NCBI GenBank assembly: GCA_021779835.1
Contig: JAJXZX010000011.1
Span: 48,046 to 112,045 of the forward strand
Length of the DNA stretch: 64,000 nt
Reading direction: 5' to 3'
Source of the DNA: Pseudomonadota bacterium
Lineage (GTDB): Bacteria; Pseudomonadota; Alphaproteobacteria; Rhodobacterales; Rhodobacteraceae
Below are positions 20,736 to 30,285 of this stretch, piece by piece (position 1 is the first letter of the stretch; every line of letters starts with the position of its first letter). The notes beneath the pieces are model-generated. The model was not told where the DNA came from. It did no database searches and saw only the letters and a list, made by a program, of their open reading frames with translations. Position numbers and translations under genes: made by a program.

Positions 20736-21344
20736 TCAATTTCCAGGCTCGTATACCAGCTTCACATCCTTGTTGAAAACAAGAACGTAGTCGCCCGGCG
20801 CGGCCGGATCGGGCGTGATGATCATGCTGCCCGCCGTGATCGCTCCCATCGGGGCCGTCGCGTGAACGATGTTTGTCGCCTCGACCCGGGTTCGATCCAA
20901 CGCGGCGCTCAGCGTGTCCGTAGTGATGTGATATCCGTTCGAAGTGTCCACCGTTACATTTCCAGTCAGTCTCAGCAAGTTGGCCGACTGGTCCATCTGC
21001 CCGGAGGCAGCGGCCATTCGCGTGACCCCGCCATTCGCCGTCGTCAATGTCGCCGCAATCGTTTGCGCATTGGCGCGGCCGGGTTGGGCCAAATCAGGCT
21101 GCGCACTAACCGCCTTGATCGAGATCGCGGCCCCGTCCGACGTGACGCCCGAATAATCCGGCGCCGAAATGCGCGATTCGCGGGCGAGCTCTTTGACATC
21201 CACCTTGGAAAACGGGATCGCGCGCGACGGGTCGATCGTATGCGCAATCAGGAACATCGTTGACAGGATCGCCAGCGCTGCCAGCGGCAAAAGGATCTTC
21301 AGCCAGAACACAAGGCGGGAATAGGCGTTGTCATATCCCGCCAT
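20736..21344 (-). CDS. lptC: LPS export system protein LptC
   Basis: 202 aa with an N-terminal TM anchor. The position between kdsD and lptA matches the canonical cluster. Confidence 0.8.
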   Translation of the reverse strand: MAGYDNAYSRLVFWLKILLPLAALAILSTMFLIAHTIDPSRAIPFSKVDVKELARESRISAPDYSGVTSDGAAISIKAVSAQPDLAQPGRANAQTIAATLTTANGGVTRMAAASGQMDQSANLLRLTGNVTVDTSNGYHITTDTLSAALDRTRVEATNIVHATAPMGAITAGSMIITPDPAAPGDYVLVFNKDVKLVYEPGN

Positions 21345-21348
21345 GAGA

Positions 21349-22317
21349 TCACACGACGCCAGCCCGCAGGCAGTCGTGGATGTGCAAGATGCCCACCGCC
21401 GCGCGGCTTCCCGCCGGGTCCACCACGAACAGGCTGGTGATATTCTTGTCGTTCATCAACGCCACCGCCGTCTCTGCCAAAGCCTCGGGCCCGATTGTAC
21501 GGGGATTGCGCGTCATCACTTCTGCCGCTGTCTTTGCCAGCAGGCCGTCCATGTGACGCCGCAAGTCGCCATCGGTCACGATGCCAATTAGATGGTGATC
21601 CGCATCGGTGACGCCAACCACCCCAAAGCCTTTTTGGCTGATGACCAGCAACGCCTCGCTCATTGGTGTGTCTTGATCGACCAACGGCAGCGCCGCGCCT
21701 GCGTGCATCAGATCGCCCACCTTCGCCAAGCGCGCGCCCAGCTTGCCGCCTGGGTGGAATTGGCGGAAATGTTCTGGCGTGAATCGGCGATGCTCCATCA
21801 ACGCCACGGCCAACGCATCGCCCAAGGCCAGCGTCATGGTGGTCGATGTCGTTGGCACAATCCCCGTGCCGCAGGCCTCCGGCGCCGCAGGTAGCACAAT
21901 TGCCACATCCGACTGCCGCATCAGGGTGGAATTCTCGCGGCTCGCCACCCCGATCAGCGGAATGCCAAAACGCCGTGTATAGGCGATGATATCCGCCAAC
22001 TCCGGCGTCTCGCCCGAGTTTGATAGCACCAGCACCACATCGCCCTTGGCCAACATCCCCAGATCGCCGTGGCTCGCCTCGGCGGGATGCACGAAATGGG
22101 CAGGCGTCCCGGTCGAGGCAAAGGTCGCCGCGATCTTGCGCCCGACATGCCCCGATTTCCCCATCCCCGATACGATCACCTTGCCCGGCGCATCAAGGAT
22201 CAGTTGCACCGCTTCGGCAAAGCTGTCGCCCAGCGAGGCCTGCAGCGCCCCCAGCGCCTCGGCCTCAACCCCGATCACCCGGCGGGCGGCGGCCAGAAAC
22301 GTTGCTGCCTGAGCCAT
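21349..22317 (-). CDS. kdsD: Arabinose-5-phosphate isomerase KdsD/KpsF (SIS plus tandem CBS)
   Basis: SIS motif VIVSGMGKSGHVGRKIAATFASTGTPA and C-terminal CBS pairs. The start is taken at MAQAATFL. Confidence 0.9.
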   Translation of the reverse strand: MAQAATFLAAARRVIGVEAEALGALQASLGDSFAEAVQLILDAPGKVIVSGMGKSGHVGRKIAATFASTGTPAHFVHPAEASHGDLGMLAKGDVVLVLSNSGETPELADIIAYTRRFGIPLIGVASRENSTLMRQSDVAIVLPAAPEACGTGIVPTTSTTMTLALGDALAVALMEHRRFTPEHFRQFHPGGKLGARLAKVGDLMHAGAALPLVDQDTPMSEALLVISQKGFGVVGVTDADHHLIGIVTDGDLRRHMDGLLAKTAAEVMTRNPRTIGPEALAETAVALMNDKNITSLFVVDPAGSRAAVGILHIHDCLRAGVV

Positions 22318-22318
22318 A

Positions 22319-22930
22319 TCAGTGCGCGAAGATATCAAATTCACCACCTGCCATCAGGTCGATCTGCGCCCGCGTCGGCAGATAGTCGAAACAGGCCTGC
22401 GCCAACGCCGTGCGCCCCTCGCGCGCCAGCCGCCGGTCCAGCTCGTGCTTCAGCCGGTGCAGATACAACACGTCCGACGCGGCATACTCCAATTGCGCGT
22501 CCGTCAGCACCTCGGACCCCCAGTCAGAGGTCTGCTGCTGCTTGGACACATCAACCCCCACCAGATCCTGCAACAGGTATTTCAGCCCGTGCCGGTCGGT
22601 GAATGTGCGGATCAGCCGGCTCGCGATTTTGGTGCAATATACCGGCGCCGTAAGCGTCCCGAACGCATGAAACATCACCGCAATATCAAAGCGGCCAAAG
22701 TGGAACAGCTTCAGCACCGTCGGGTCCGCCAGCAGCCGCTGCAAATTCGGCGCCAACGTTTGCCCCTTCGCGATTTGCACCAGATGCGCATTTCCGTCGC
22801 CCGACGACAGTTGCACCACGCACAGCCGGTCGCGGTGCGGCAGCAGGCCCATCGTCTCGGTGTCAATCGCGACCACCGGCCCCAGATCAAGACCGTCGGG
22901 CAAATCGTTCTGGTAAAGCGTATTGGTCAT
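22319..22930 (-). CDS. 3'-5' exonuclease (RNase D-like DEDDy domain)
   Basis: VAIDTETMGL...YAASDVLYLHRL carries the DEDDy exonuclease motifs. The start is taken at MTNTLYQNDL. Confidence 0.8.
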   Translation of the reverse strand: MTNTLYQNDLPDGLDLGPVVAIDTETMGLLPHRDRLCVVQLSSGDGNAHLVQIAKGQTLAPNLQRLLADPTVLKLFHFGRFDIAVMFHAFGTLTAPVYCTKIASRLIRTFTDRHGLKYLLQDLVGVDVSKQQQTSDWGSEVLTDAQLEYAASDVLYLHRLKHELDRRLAREGRTALAQACFDYLPTRAQIDLMAGGEFDIFAH

Positions 22931-23004
22931 GTCAGCCCTTGCTTTCGATCCGGCCGCGCCGGGGAACTGTGGATGTGGCTTTCTGCCCATCACAGCCCTG
23001 CGCG

Positions 23005-24516
23005 TCAATGGCCGGGGTCGGCGTTATGCGGCTCGATCCGCGCCATGAGCGGTTTTGCCTCAAGGAAGAACGTCAAAACAAAGGCCAAAGCGCTCAGACA
23101 GGCCGAGGTCAGAAAGATCGGGTGCAACGCCGCGGTAAAACTGGCGATCACCTGGACCCGCGTGGCCTCCGGCAGTGCAGCAATCGCCGCCGCGTTCAGC
23201 GAGGCCGGGTTGATCCCCGGCGGTAGCTCCGCCCCAAGCAACGTGGTCAGCCGAGCCGAAAACAACGCGCCGAACAGGGCGATCCCAATTGCGCCGCCTA
23301 CTTGCCGGAATAGCTGAAACCCTGCCGTGCCAACCCCCAGCATCGCGCGCGGCACCGCGTTCTGAATCGCCGTGGTGCCCACCGACATCGTCGGCCCCAT
23401 GCCCAAGCCCACCATTGCGATCATCACCATCAGCATCCAAGTTGGCGTTTCCGGCGTCAATTGCCACAGAAATGTCAGGCCCACCGTCAGCAAGAACGTG
23501 CCAAACATCGGCAGCCGCCGATACTTCCCGGTCTTGCTCATGATGCGCCCGCTCAGCACCGAGGATGTCACGATCCCCAGCATCAATGGCAGCAATTCCA
23601 GGCCGGAGGCCGTCGGGCTCACCCCCTTGGCGACCTGCAAATACAGCGGCAGAAAGGTGATCGCCCCGAACATGGTGGCGAACACGATGAACCCGATGGC
23701 GCTGAATACAACGAAGGTGTTGTGCCGAAACAGCGCGGGCGGCAGGATCGGCTCTGCTGCGCGCCGTTCGGTCACGATCAGCGCAATCGTTGCGGCAACG
23801 CTGATGCCGATCATTGTCAGGATGAAAGGCGAACTCCATGCAAAGGTCCGCCCGCCAAGGCTGGTAAACAGCACAGTCGCCGCCAGCGCCGCCGTCAGGA
23901 ATACCGCCCCCGGATAGTCGATCTTGTGCGATGTGCGGATGCCGCGCGGCTTGAACGCGATGGCAAAGGCGGCTAGCGCCGCAATGCCCAGTGGCAGGTT
24001 GATGTAGAAAATCCAGCGCCACGAAAAGTGGTCAACGATATAGCCGCCCGCCAGCGGTCCCGCCACGCTTGACAGGCTGAAAACGGCGGCGAAAATCCCC
24101 TGAATCTTGCCACGCTCGCGGGGTGCCACCACATCGCCGATCACCGTCTGCGCCAGCACCATCAGCCCGCCGCCGCCAATCCCCTGCAACCCCCGCGCCA
24201 AGATCAGGAACGTCATCGAGGTCGCCTGACCGCACAGCATCGAGCCAAGCAGGAACAACGAGACCGAGATCTGCATCATCACCTTGCGCCCGTAAAGGTC
24301 GCCCAGCTTGCCATAAAGCGGCGCTACCACGGTCGAGGCCAAAAGATACGCCGTCACCACCCAGCTCAGATGATCCAGCCCACCAAGATCCGCGACAATC
24401 GTCGGCAAGGCGGTTGATACGATGGTTTGATCCAGTGAGGACAACAGCAGCATCACGGTAATCGCGGCGATGATAAGCCTGCGCGACTGCGGCGGCTCGG
24501 TTTGGGGGGTGTTCAT
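23005..24516 (-). CDS. MFS transporter, DHA2 (EmrB/QacA) family
   Basis: 503 aa, 14 TM segments, motif GKLGDLYGRK. Confidence 0.85.
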   Translation of the reverse strand: MNTPQTEPPQSRRLIIAAITVMLLLSSLDQTIVSTALPTIVADLGGLDHLSWVVTAYLLASTVVAPLYGKLGDLYGRKVMMQISVSLFLLGSMLCGQATSMTFLILARGLQGIGGGGLMVLAQTVIGDVVAPRERGKIQGIFAAVFSLSSVAGPLAGGYIVDHFSWRWIFYINLPLGIAALAAFAIAFKPRGIRTSHKIDYPGAVFLTAALAATVLFTSLGGRTFAWSSPFILTMIGISVAATIALIVTERRAAEPILPPALFRHNTFVVFSAIGFIVFATMFGAITFLPLYLQVAKGVSPTASGLELLPLMLGIVTSSVLSGRIMSKTGKYRRLPMFGTFLLTVGLTFLWQLTPETPTWMLMVMIAMVGLGMGPTMSVGTTAIQNAVPRAMLGVGTAGFQLFRQVGGAIGIALFGALFSARLTTLLGAELPPGINPASLNAAAIAALPEATRVQVIASFTAALHPIFLTSACLSALAFVLTFFLEAKPLMARIEPHNADPGH

Positions 24517-24723
24517 TCAGATGACCTGACCAGTGCCGCGCGACGTCTTGCAGCCAAGCCACTAGCTAGTGCCAAATCAGCGCGGCGGCAATGTTGCGCG
24601 ATGATCGGCGCACCATTGCCTCATTTGAACCTCTCCTGCCACCACGCTGCCATGCGCTGGCCACTGGTCTGCCGCATTGATGAAATATCCCCTAACGAAG
24701 CCCTCGGGCATGTGAGGTATGGT

Positions 24724-25776
24724 ATGGAACGTAAACGCAGGCTGATTAGGATCGCATCAATCGTATGCGTCGCTCTTGGTGCAGGGCAATATATGCAAAG
24801 CGCCCCAAAGCCACGTCTGCCGGTTAGTCCGGCACCGGTCAAAACCGCCTCCAAGGCAAAAGTTTCGCTGCAGGACATGGCCGCCGCCGCGGTTGTTGCG
24901 CAGACAATCCCGGTGTCGATCACGCCCCTGTCGGCAAGCCAGCCCCTTACCGCGCCGCTGAATCCACCGACCCTTCCCGCGCCAATCCCCGCCAGCACCG
25001 CGCCCGCCACGGCTACAGCGCCCACCACAGACGCCGTTGCGCCCGCAATCGCCCCCCCGGCACCCGTTGCCGCGGTTTCCTGCGCCGCCAAACTCGACCT
25101 CACGGTTGGCCCCTCGGCGATGCTCGAGATGACCCTCGCCGCGCCCTGCACCAAAAACGCCCGCGTCGTGATCCTGGACGGCGGGCTTTCCGTGACCGGC
25201 CTGACCTCGGACACCGGCACGCTCAGAGTTGAGCTTCCCGCAATGACAAGCGCCGCCAGAGTCTCGGTCCGCCTGCCCGGCGGTGACGTGGTGACCGCCA
25301 CCGCGTCGGTGCCCGAGATGAACCTTTATGACCGCGTCGCCGTGCAATGGATGGGCAACGATTCCTTTGCTCTGCATGCCCTCGAATTCGGCGCCAAGTT
25401 CGGCGAGATCGGCGACATTTCGGCCCAGCATCCCCGCACCCCCTCTGCCGCGACGCAGGACAAGGGCGGCTTTCTGACCCAGTTGGGTGACACCACCGTT
25501 ACCGAGCCGATGCAGGCGCAAGTCTATACCTTCCCAACCGGTCTCAGCAGCAAATCTGGATCGGTCAAGATCCTGATCGAAGCGCCTGTGACCGCGCAAA
25601 CCTGCGGCCGCGACATGCTGGCACAAACGCTGCAATCCGTCCCGGCCACCGGTGCCGAAGTGGTCGCCAAGTCCTCTGACGTCACGCTGTCGATGCCGAC
25701 CTGCGATTCTGGCGCCGACGGGCAATTCGTCGAACTGACAGATGTCGTGCCGGATATGGTCGTTGCCTCCCGCTAA
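24724..25776 (+). CDS. Hypothetical membrane-anchored/secreted protein with Pro/Ala-rich linker
   Basis: The start is taken at MERKRRLIRIASIVCVALGAG (signal/anchor). A P/A/T-rich low-complexity linker follows, then a ~230 aa C-terminal domain containing Cys residues. No family is recognised. Confidence 0.5.
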   Translation: MERKRRLIRIASIVCVALGAGQYMQSAPKPRLPVSPAPVKTASKAKVSLQDMAAAAVVAQTIPVSITPLSASQPLTAPLNPPTLPAPIPASTAPATATAPTTDAVAPAIAPPAPVAAVSCAAKLDLTVGPSAMLEMTLAAPCTKNARVVILDGGLSVTGLTSDTGTLRVELPAMTSAARVSVRLPGGDVVTATASVPEMNLYDRVAVQWMGNDSFALHALEFGAKFGEIGDISAQHPRTPSAATQDKGGFLTQLGDTTVTEPMQAQVYTFPTGLSSKSGSVKILIEAPVTAQTCGRDMLAQTLQSVPATGAEVVAKSSDVTLSMPTCDSGADGQFVELTDVVPDMVVASR

Positions 25777-25796
25777 CCTCGCCCAGTCCAACTCCC

Positions 25797-26567
25797 TTAC
25801 AAATACCCGGTCGCGCGAAAACTCAACTCGCGGGATTTGCCGATAATCAGATGATCGTGCAGCACCAGCCCCAGTGCCTCTGCGGCGTCTTGCACCTGTC
25901 GCGTCATCACCAGATCCGCATCCGACGGTGTGGGATCGCCCGAGGGATGATTATGCACCAAAATCAACGCCGACGCATTTAGCTCCAGCGCGCGTTTCAC
26001 CACCTCGCGCGGGTATACCGGCACATGATCCACCGTGCCGCGCGCCTGCTCCTCATCCGCGATCAGCACGTTCTTGCGGTCCAGATACAGCACGCGAAAC
26101 TGCTCCGTCTCGCGATGCGCCATCGAGGTGTGGCAGTAGTCCAGCAGGGCGTCCCAACTCGACAGAACGGCGCGATGCATCACGCGTGCCCGCGCCATGC
26201 GATGTGCCGCCGCCTCGACAATCTTCAGCTGCTGCACCACCGCATCGCCCACCCCCTGCACCGCCGCAATCCGCGCCGCAGGGGCCGAAATCACCCGGTT
26301 GAAATCGCCAAACGTGTCCAGCAAGCGCCGCGCCAAGGGCTTTACATCCTGCCGGGGGATTGCGCTGAACAGCACCAGCTCCAGCAGCTCATAATCCGGC
26401 ACAGCCTGCGCTCCCCCCTCCATAAAGCGGGTGCGCAGCCGTTTGCGATGGTCTTTTATATATGACGGCAGCTTGCCATCCGGCAGCCCGACAGGCACGG
26501 CCTCGTCAAGGTCGAACAGCGGCAGCGGGGCTTCGTGAAAGGCTTGGGTTTGAGCCATGATGCCCAA
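25797..26567 (-). CDS. radC: RadC-like JAB domain protein (UPF0758)
   Basis: C-terminal JAMM motif HNHPSGDPTPSDADLVMT and an N-terminal HhH region. Confidence 0.85.
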   Translation of the reverse strand: MGIMAQTQAFHEAPLPLFDLDEAVPVGLPDGKLPSYIKDHRKRLRTRFMEGGAQAVPDYELLELVLFSAIPRQDVKPLARRLLDTFGDFNRVISAPAARIAAVQGVGDAVVQQLKIVEAAAHRMARARVMHRAVLSSWDALLDYCHTSMAHRETEQFRVLYLDRKNVLIADEEQARGTVDHVPVYPREVVKRALELNASALILVHNHPSGDPTPSDADLVMTRQVQDAAEALGLVLHDHLIIGKSRELSFRATGYL

Positions 26568-26594
26568 CCCTTGCCGATTCCGGTGAAAAGTCCG

Positions 26595-28274
26595 TTAACC
26601 GCGTTCTTTTTCACCCAAGGCGCGCGTCTGGCTTAGCGTCATGCCGGTCGACAGCATCTCGGGGTCCAGCCGCAGCTCGATCACCGATGCTTTGCCCGAC
26701 GCCACCGCCCGCCCGAAAGCCGCCGCGAAATCGGCATCGTCCGTCACTACCTCGCCATGCCCACCGTAAGCCCTTGCCAGCGCTGCAAAATCCGGGTTTG
26801 CCAGATCGGTGCCCGACACCCGCCCCGGATAATTCCGCTCCTGATGCATCCGTATTGTGCCATAGCGCCCGTTGTTCGCCACCACCACGATCACCGCCGC
26901 GCCATGCTGCACCGCCGTCGAAAACTCGTTCAGCGTCATCTGGAAACAGCCGTCACCCGCCATGCACACCACGACCCGCTCAGGATGCTCCAGCTTGGCG
27001 GAAATCGCCGCCGGAAAGCCGTAGCCCATGCTGCCAGAGGTCGGGGCAACCTGCGTACCATAGCGCTTGAACCGGTAATAGCGGTGCAGAAACGCGGCAT
27101 AGTTCCCCGCTCCGTTGGTCAGAATCGCGTCCTCGGGCAGGTTCGCCGACATCCAGCCCACCACCCGCTCCATCTTCACCTCGCCGGGGGTTTCCACCGG
27201 CACCTGCCACGTCTCGTATTCGGCGCGACCCGTCGCAACCCACGCCGCCCAGTCGCCACGCACCGGCGCATCGGCCAGCGCCGCCATCATCTCGACCGCC
27301 GGCACCGCGATGCCCAGATCGGGGCGGAACACCCGGCCCAACTCGTCGGGCTCTGGATAGACATGGATGATCTTCGGCCCCGGCACCGTTGGATCCAGCA
27401 ATTCATAGCCGCCGGTGGCAATATCCCCCAGCCGCGCGCCGATCACCAACAGGCAATCGGCCGCCTTTAGCCGCGCGCCCAGCTTGGGGTTCATGCCAAC
27501 GCCCAAATCGCCAACATAGTGCGCATTCCGGTTATCGAAATGCCCTTGCCGCCGGAACGTCACCGCGACCGGCAGGCCAGAGGCTTCGGCGAACCGTTCT
27601 GCATCCCGCGCCGCCTCAGCCGACCAGCTGGAGCCGCCAAGGATCACCAGCGGCCGCTTTGCCGCCGACACCATCGCGCGCACCGCCTCGACCTGCGCCG
27701 CACTCACCGCCGCAGGACGCGCTGCGGGGGCCGCCAGATCGGCCACATCCGACGTAGCACTCAGCATATCTTCCGGCAGCGCCAACACCACCGGCCCCGG
27801 TCGGCCCGAGGTCGCCACATGGAAGGCGTGGCTGATATATTCGGCCAGCCGGTCGGTCTGATCCACCTCGCAGGCCCATTTCGCCACCGTGCCGAACATG
27901 GCGCGATAATCGACCTCTTGGAACGCTTCGCGGTCACGATGCCCGCGCGCGATCTGGCCGACAAACACCACCATCGGCGTCGAATCTTGCTTGGCGATGT
28001 GGATGCCAGCAGAGGCATTGGTTGCCCCCGGTCCCCGCGTCACGAACAAAACGCCGGGCTGGCCGGTCAGCTTGCCATAGGCCTCGGCCATCATCGCGGC
28101 GCCGCCTTCTTGACGGCACACGATATTCTCAATCCCCGATTGATAAAGCCCATCCAGCGCCGCAAGGAAACTTTCGCCCGGCACCGAAAACACGCGCCGC
28201 ACCCCCTGAATCGCCAGTTGATCCGCCAATATCTTGCCGCCGTGCCGTTCCATCGTCGCCCCCAAAGGTGTCAT
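26595..28274 (-). CDS. Thiamine pyrophosphate-dependent enzyme (acetolactate synthase large subunit-like)
   Basis: Three-domain TPP architecture with a TPP-binding motif (GDGCFQM...NN). The start is taken at MTPLGATMERHGG. Confidence 0.8.
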   Translation of the reverse strand: MTPLGATMERHGGKILADQLAIQGVRRVFSVPGESFLAALDGLYQSGIENIVCRQEGGAAMMAEAYGKLTGQPGVLFVTRGPGATNASAGIHIAKQDSTPMVVFVGQIARGHRDREAFQEVDYRAMFGTVAKWACEVDQTDRLAEYISHAFHVATSGRPGPVVLALPEDMLSATSDVADLAAPAARPAAVSAAQVEAVRAMVSAAKRPLVILGGSSWSAEAARDAERFAEASGLPVAVTFRRQGHFDNRNAHYVGDLGVGMNPKLGARLKAADCLLVIGARLGDIATGGYELLDPTVPGPKIIHVYPEPDELGRVFRPDLGIAVPAVEMMAALADAPVRGDWAAWVATGRAEYETWQVPVETPGEVKMERVVGWMSANLPEDAILTNGAGNYAAFLHRYYRFKRYGTQVAPTSGSMGYGFPAAISAKLEHPERVVVCMAGDGCFQMTLNEFSTAVQHGAAVIVVVANNGRYGTIRMHQERNYPGRVSGTDLANPDFAALARAYGGHGEVVTDDADFAAAFGRAVASGKASVIELRLDPEMLSTGMTLSQTRALGEKERG

Positions 28275-28374
28275 TCGCGCCGCTACCCTGCGACAACGCC
28301 GGGGCAGGAGCAAGCCGCTCTTGCACCCGCGCGCCTCCGCCTTACAACATCCCCACCAACCGGCTGGAGCGACC

Positions 28375-28920
28375 ATGACCCAACTGAAACTCTTTGGTAT
28401 CCCCGGCGCGCTCCGCCAAAATTCCACCAATCGCAAACTGCTGGCCGCCGCCCGCCACGCCTTCGGCCCCGCCGACTATGCCGAGGCTGATCTGCGCCTG
28501 CCGCTATATGATGGCGATGACGAGGTCCATTCTGGCGTTCCGGCAGCGGTCCAGCACCTCGCCGATCAGATTGCCGCCGCCGATGCCGTCATCATCGCCA
28601 CCCCCGAATATAACCGCGCCCCGCCGGGCGTGCTGAAAAATGCGCTGGACTGGATCAGCCGCACGCCGGGCCGCCCGTTTCGCGACAAACCGCTGGCGAT
28701 CATGTCAGTGGCAGATGGCCCCGGCGGCGGCGACCGCTCGCAATACGCGCTGCGCCTGATGCTGGTCTCGTTCCGCCCGGCGCTGGTCAACGGCCCCGAA
28801 CTGGCGATTCCGTCTGCCTCCACCGCCTTCGATGCTGAAGGCCAGCTCACTTCGGAACGCCACCGCGCCACGCTGGCAGAACTGATGGAGACCCTGCGCG
28901 CCGTAGCATCGCGCCGCTGA
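28375..28920 (+). CDS. NAD(P)H-dependent FMN reductase family oxidoreductase
   Basis: MTQLKLFGIPGALRQNSTNRKLL...ATPEYNRAPPGVLKNALDWIS is the flavodoxin-like FMN reductase signature. Confidence 0.8.
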   Translation: MTQLKLFGIPGALRQNSTNRKLLAAARHAFGPADYAEADLRLPLYDGDDEVHSGVPAAVQHLADQIAAADAVIIATPEYNRAPPGVLKNALDWISRTPGRPFRDKPLAIMSVADGPGGGDRSQYALRLMLVSFRPALVNGPELAIPSASTAFDAEGQLTSERHRATLAELMETLRAVASRR

Positions 28921-29074
28921 GCCTTGCGCAATATCCCTGCGATATCCGCTGATAGAGCGGAAATATTGGACAGACCTTAACGTCAGCCATGACGCTGCCG
29001 CATAAACGCTGTCGCCGTATCGTAGCACGTTCAATTGGCGCGGCCTCTGACATTTCCGCGCACTTGGTGCACCC

Positions 29075-29350
29075 GTCGCCGAACTGCGAAACGTTAACAA
29101 ACGCCGCGGAAGCAGGGCTGAAGACGGCGCCGATAGGGTCGGCATCCTGCACTCGCTTTCCGGCACGATGGCGACTTCTGAAACCACGCCGAAAGACGCC
29201 ATGCTGACGCTCATTGCCAAGCAGAACATGGCGGGCGGCCTTCTGGGAAAAAAGCTGTGACCTTTGGTAGTCGCCCTAGCCTCCGATTGGTCCTTGTTCG
29301 CGGAAAAGGCGCGCGAGGGTGACCTCTGCCGATCACGTCGCGGCGGTGCC
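29075..29350 (+). pseudogene. urtA: Remnant of urea ABC transporter substrate-binding protein gene urtA (frameshifted, truncated)
   Basis: Translation gives [42 protein letters not shown] followed by a stop. After a frameshift it gives ...ASDWSLFAEKAREG...KSVLPVF. Both match the conserved UrtA N-terminal region. There is no signal peptide and the frame is broken. Confidence 0.6.
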
Positions 29351-29584
29351 CGGCTGCTGGCCCGTGTTAACGGCAAATCAGTGCTGCCGGTCTTCTAGGA
29401 ACGCGACTCGATCCTGTTCTCCCCTGTGCAGCACGGCGGGCAAAATCCGCGCGTGACGTCTTCGCCACCGGTGCCGCGCACCAGCAGGCGATCCCGGCGG
29501 TGGAGTATCCGATAAGCGCCGATGGCGGCTTGGCCAAACGCTGGGTGCTGGATGGCACCGATTACGTCTCGCCGCGTCGCCGGC

Positions 29585-30010
29585 GCCTATGGACTTCGTG
29601 CGCGCGCTGGGTTGCAAGGCTACCGTGGTGCGTCAGGGCAGCGTCCTCGCTAAAGGCACCTCGACTATGTCAGCGCCATGTCCGACGTCATCGGAGTCTC
29701 TCTGTGGCGCTGAACACGTTGGAAATCGACACGACCACCCTTCAACATGGCGCGGTGCAGGCGCTCAAATCCGTGTCCTGGCCACAGCGCCGGGGCGGGT
29801 GTCAACGGTGTTGGCAAAAGCTCGCTGTTGCGCGCCGTGGTCGGGCGACACTCGATCTCTGGTGGCGCGATCCGCTGGCAGGGGAAAAGCATCGCCGGAC
29901 TTTTCGCCGCCGGTCGGGCAGCACGGGGCATCACCTAGGTGCCGCCCGGTCGTGAGATTTTCCCGTGCCTCACAGTGCGAGAAAACCTTGAAACGGGCTT
30001 CGCCCCCGAT
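29585..30010 (+). pseudogene. urtE: Remnants of urtD C-terminus and urtE N-terminus (urea ABC transporter ATPases), multiple frameshifts
   Basis: ATVVRQGSVLAKGT..SDVIGVSLWR* resembles the UrtD C-terminus. LEIDTTTLQHGAVQALKSVSW / GAGVNGVGKSSLLRAVVG...IRWQGKSIAG / VPPGREIFPCLTVRENLETG resembles the UrtE/LivF N-terminus (Walker A). These pieces are spread over three frames with in-frame stops. Confidence 0.55.
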
Positions 30011-30230
30011 CTGGCGGACACCTTTTGCGTGATGGATAGGGAAGAGGTTGTGAGGTCTGGCACCGGCGCCGAAATGTCAGGCCCGGCCGAGCCCGACCTC
30101 CGCCGCTGGCATGCAGTCTAAGGAGTTTTGCGGGGTCACTTCGTCAGGGGAAGGCACGAAGCCGCCATTGCTTTGGTCCAAATATCCACTTTTGGGCCCG
30201 CAGCCACAGTCCGAGCGCCCCCGTGAAATC

Positions 30231-30285
30231 GGGTTCAAAAGGGCCCAAGTGTTGCGAAATGCAACACTTGGGCCCTTTTCAATCC
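30231..30285. terminator. Bidirectional rho-independent terminator (perfect 15-bp stem)
   Basis: AAAA-GGGCCCAAGTGTTGC-gaaat-GCAACACTTGGGCCC-TTTT lies 11 nt after the aldehyde dehydrogenase stop. An A-tract and a T-tract flank a perfect hairpin. Confidence 0.8.

Noticed and set aside
29500-29955. 151 aa ORF in the urt relic region taken as a possible real gene
   Set aside because: It spans junctions of frameshifted UrtD/UrtE fragments. The homology to UrtE is in other frames around it, so it is a chance ORF within a pseudogene zone.
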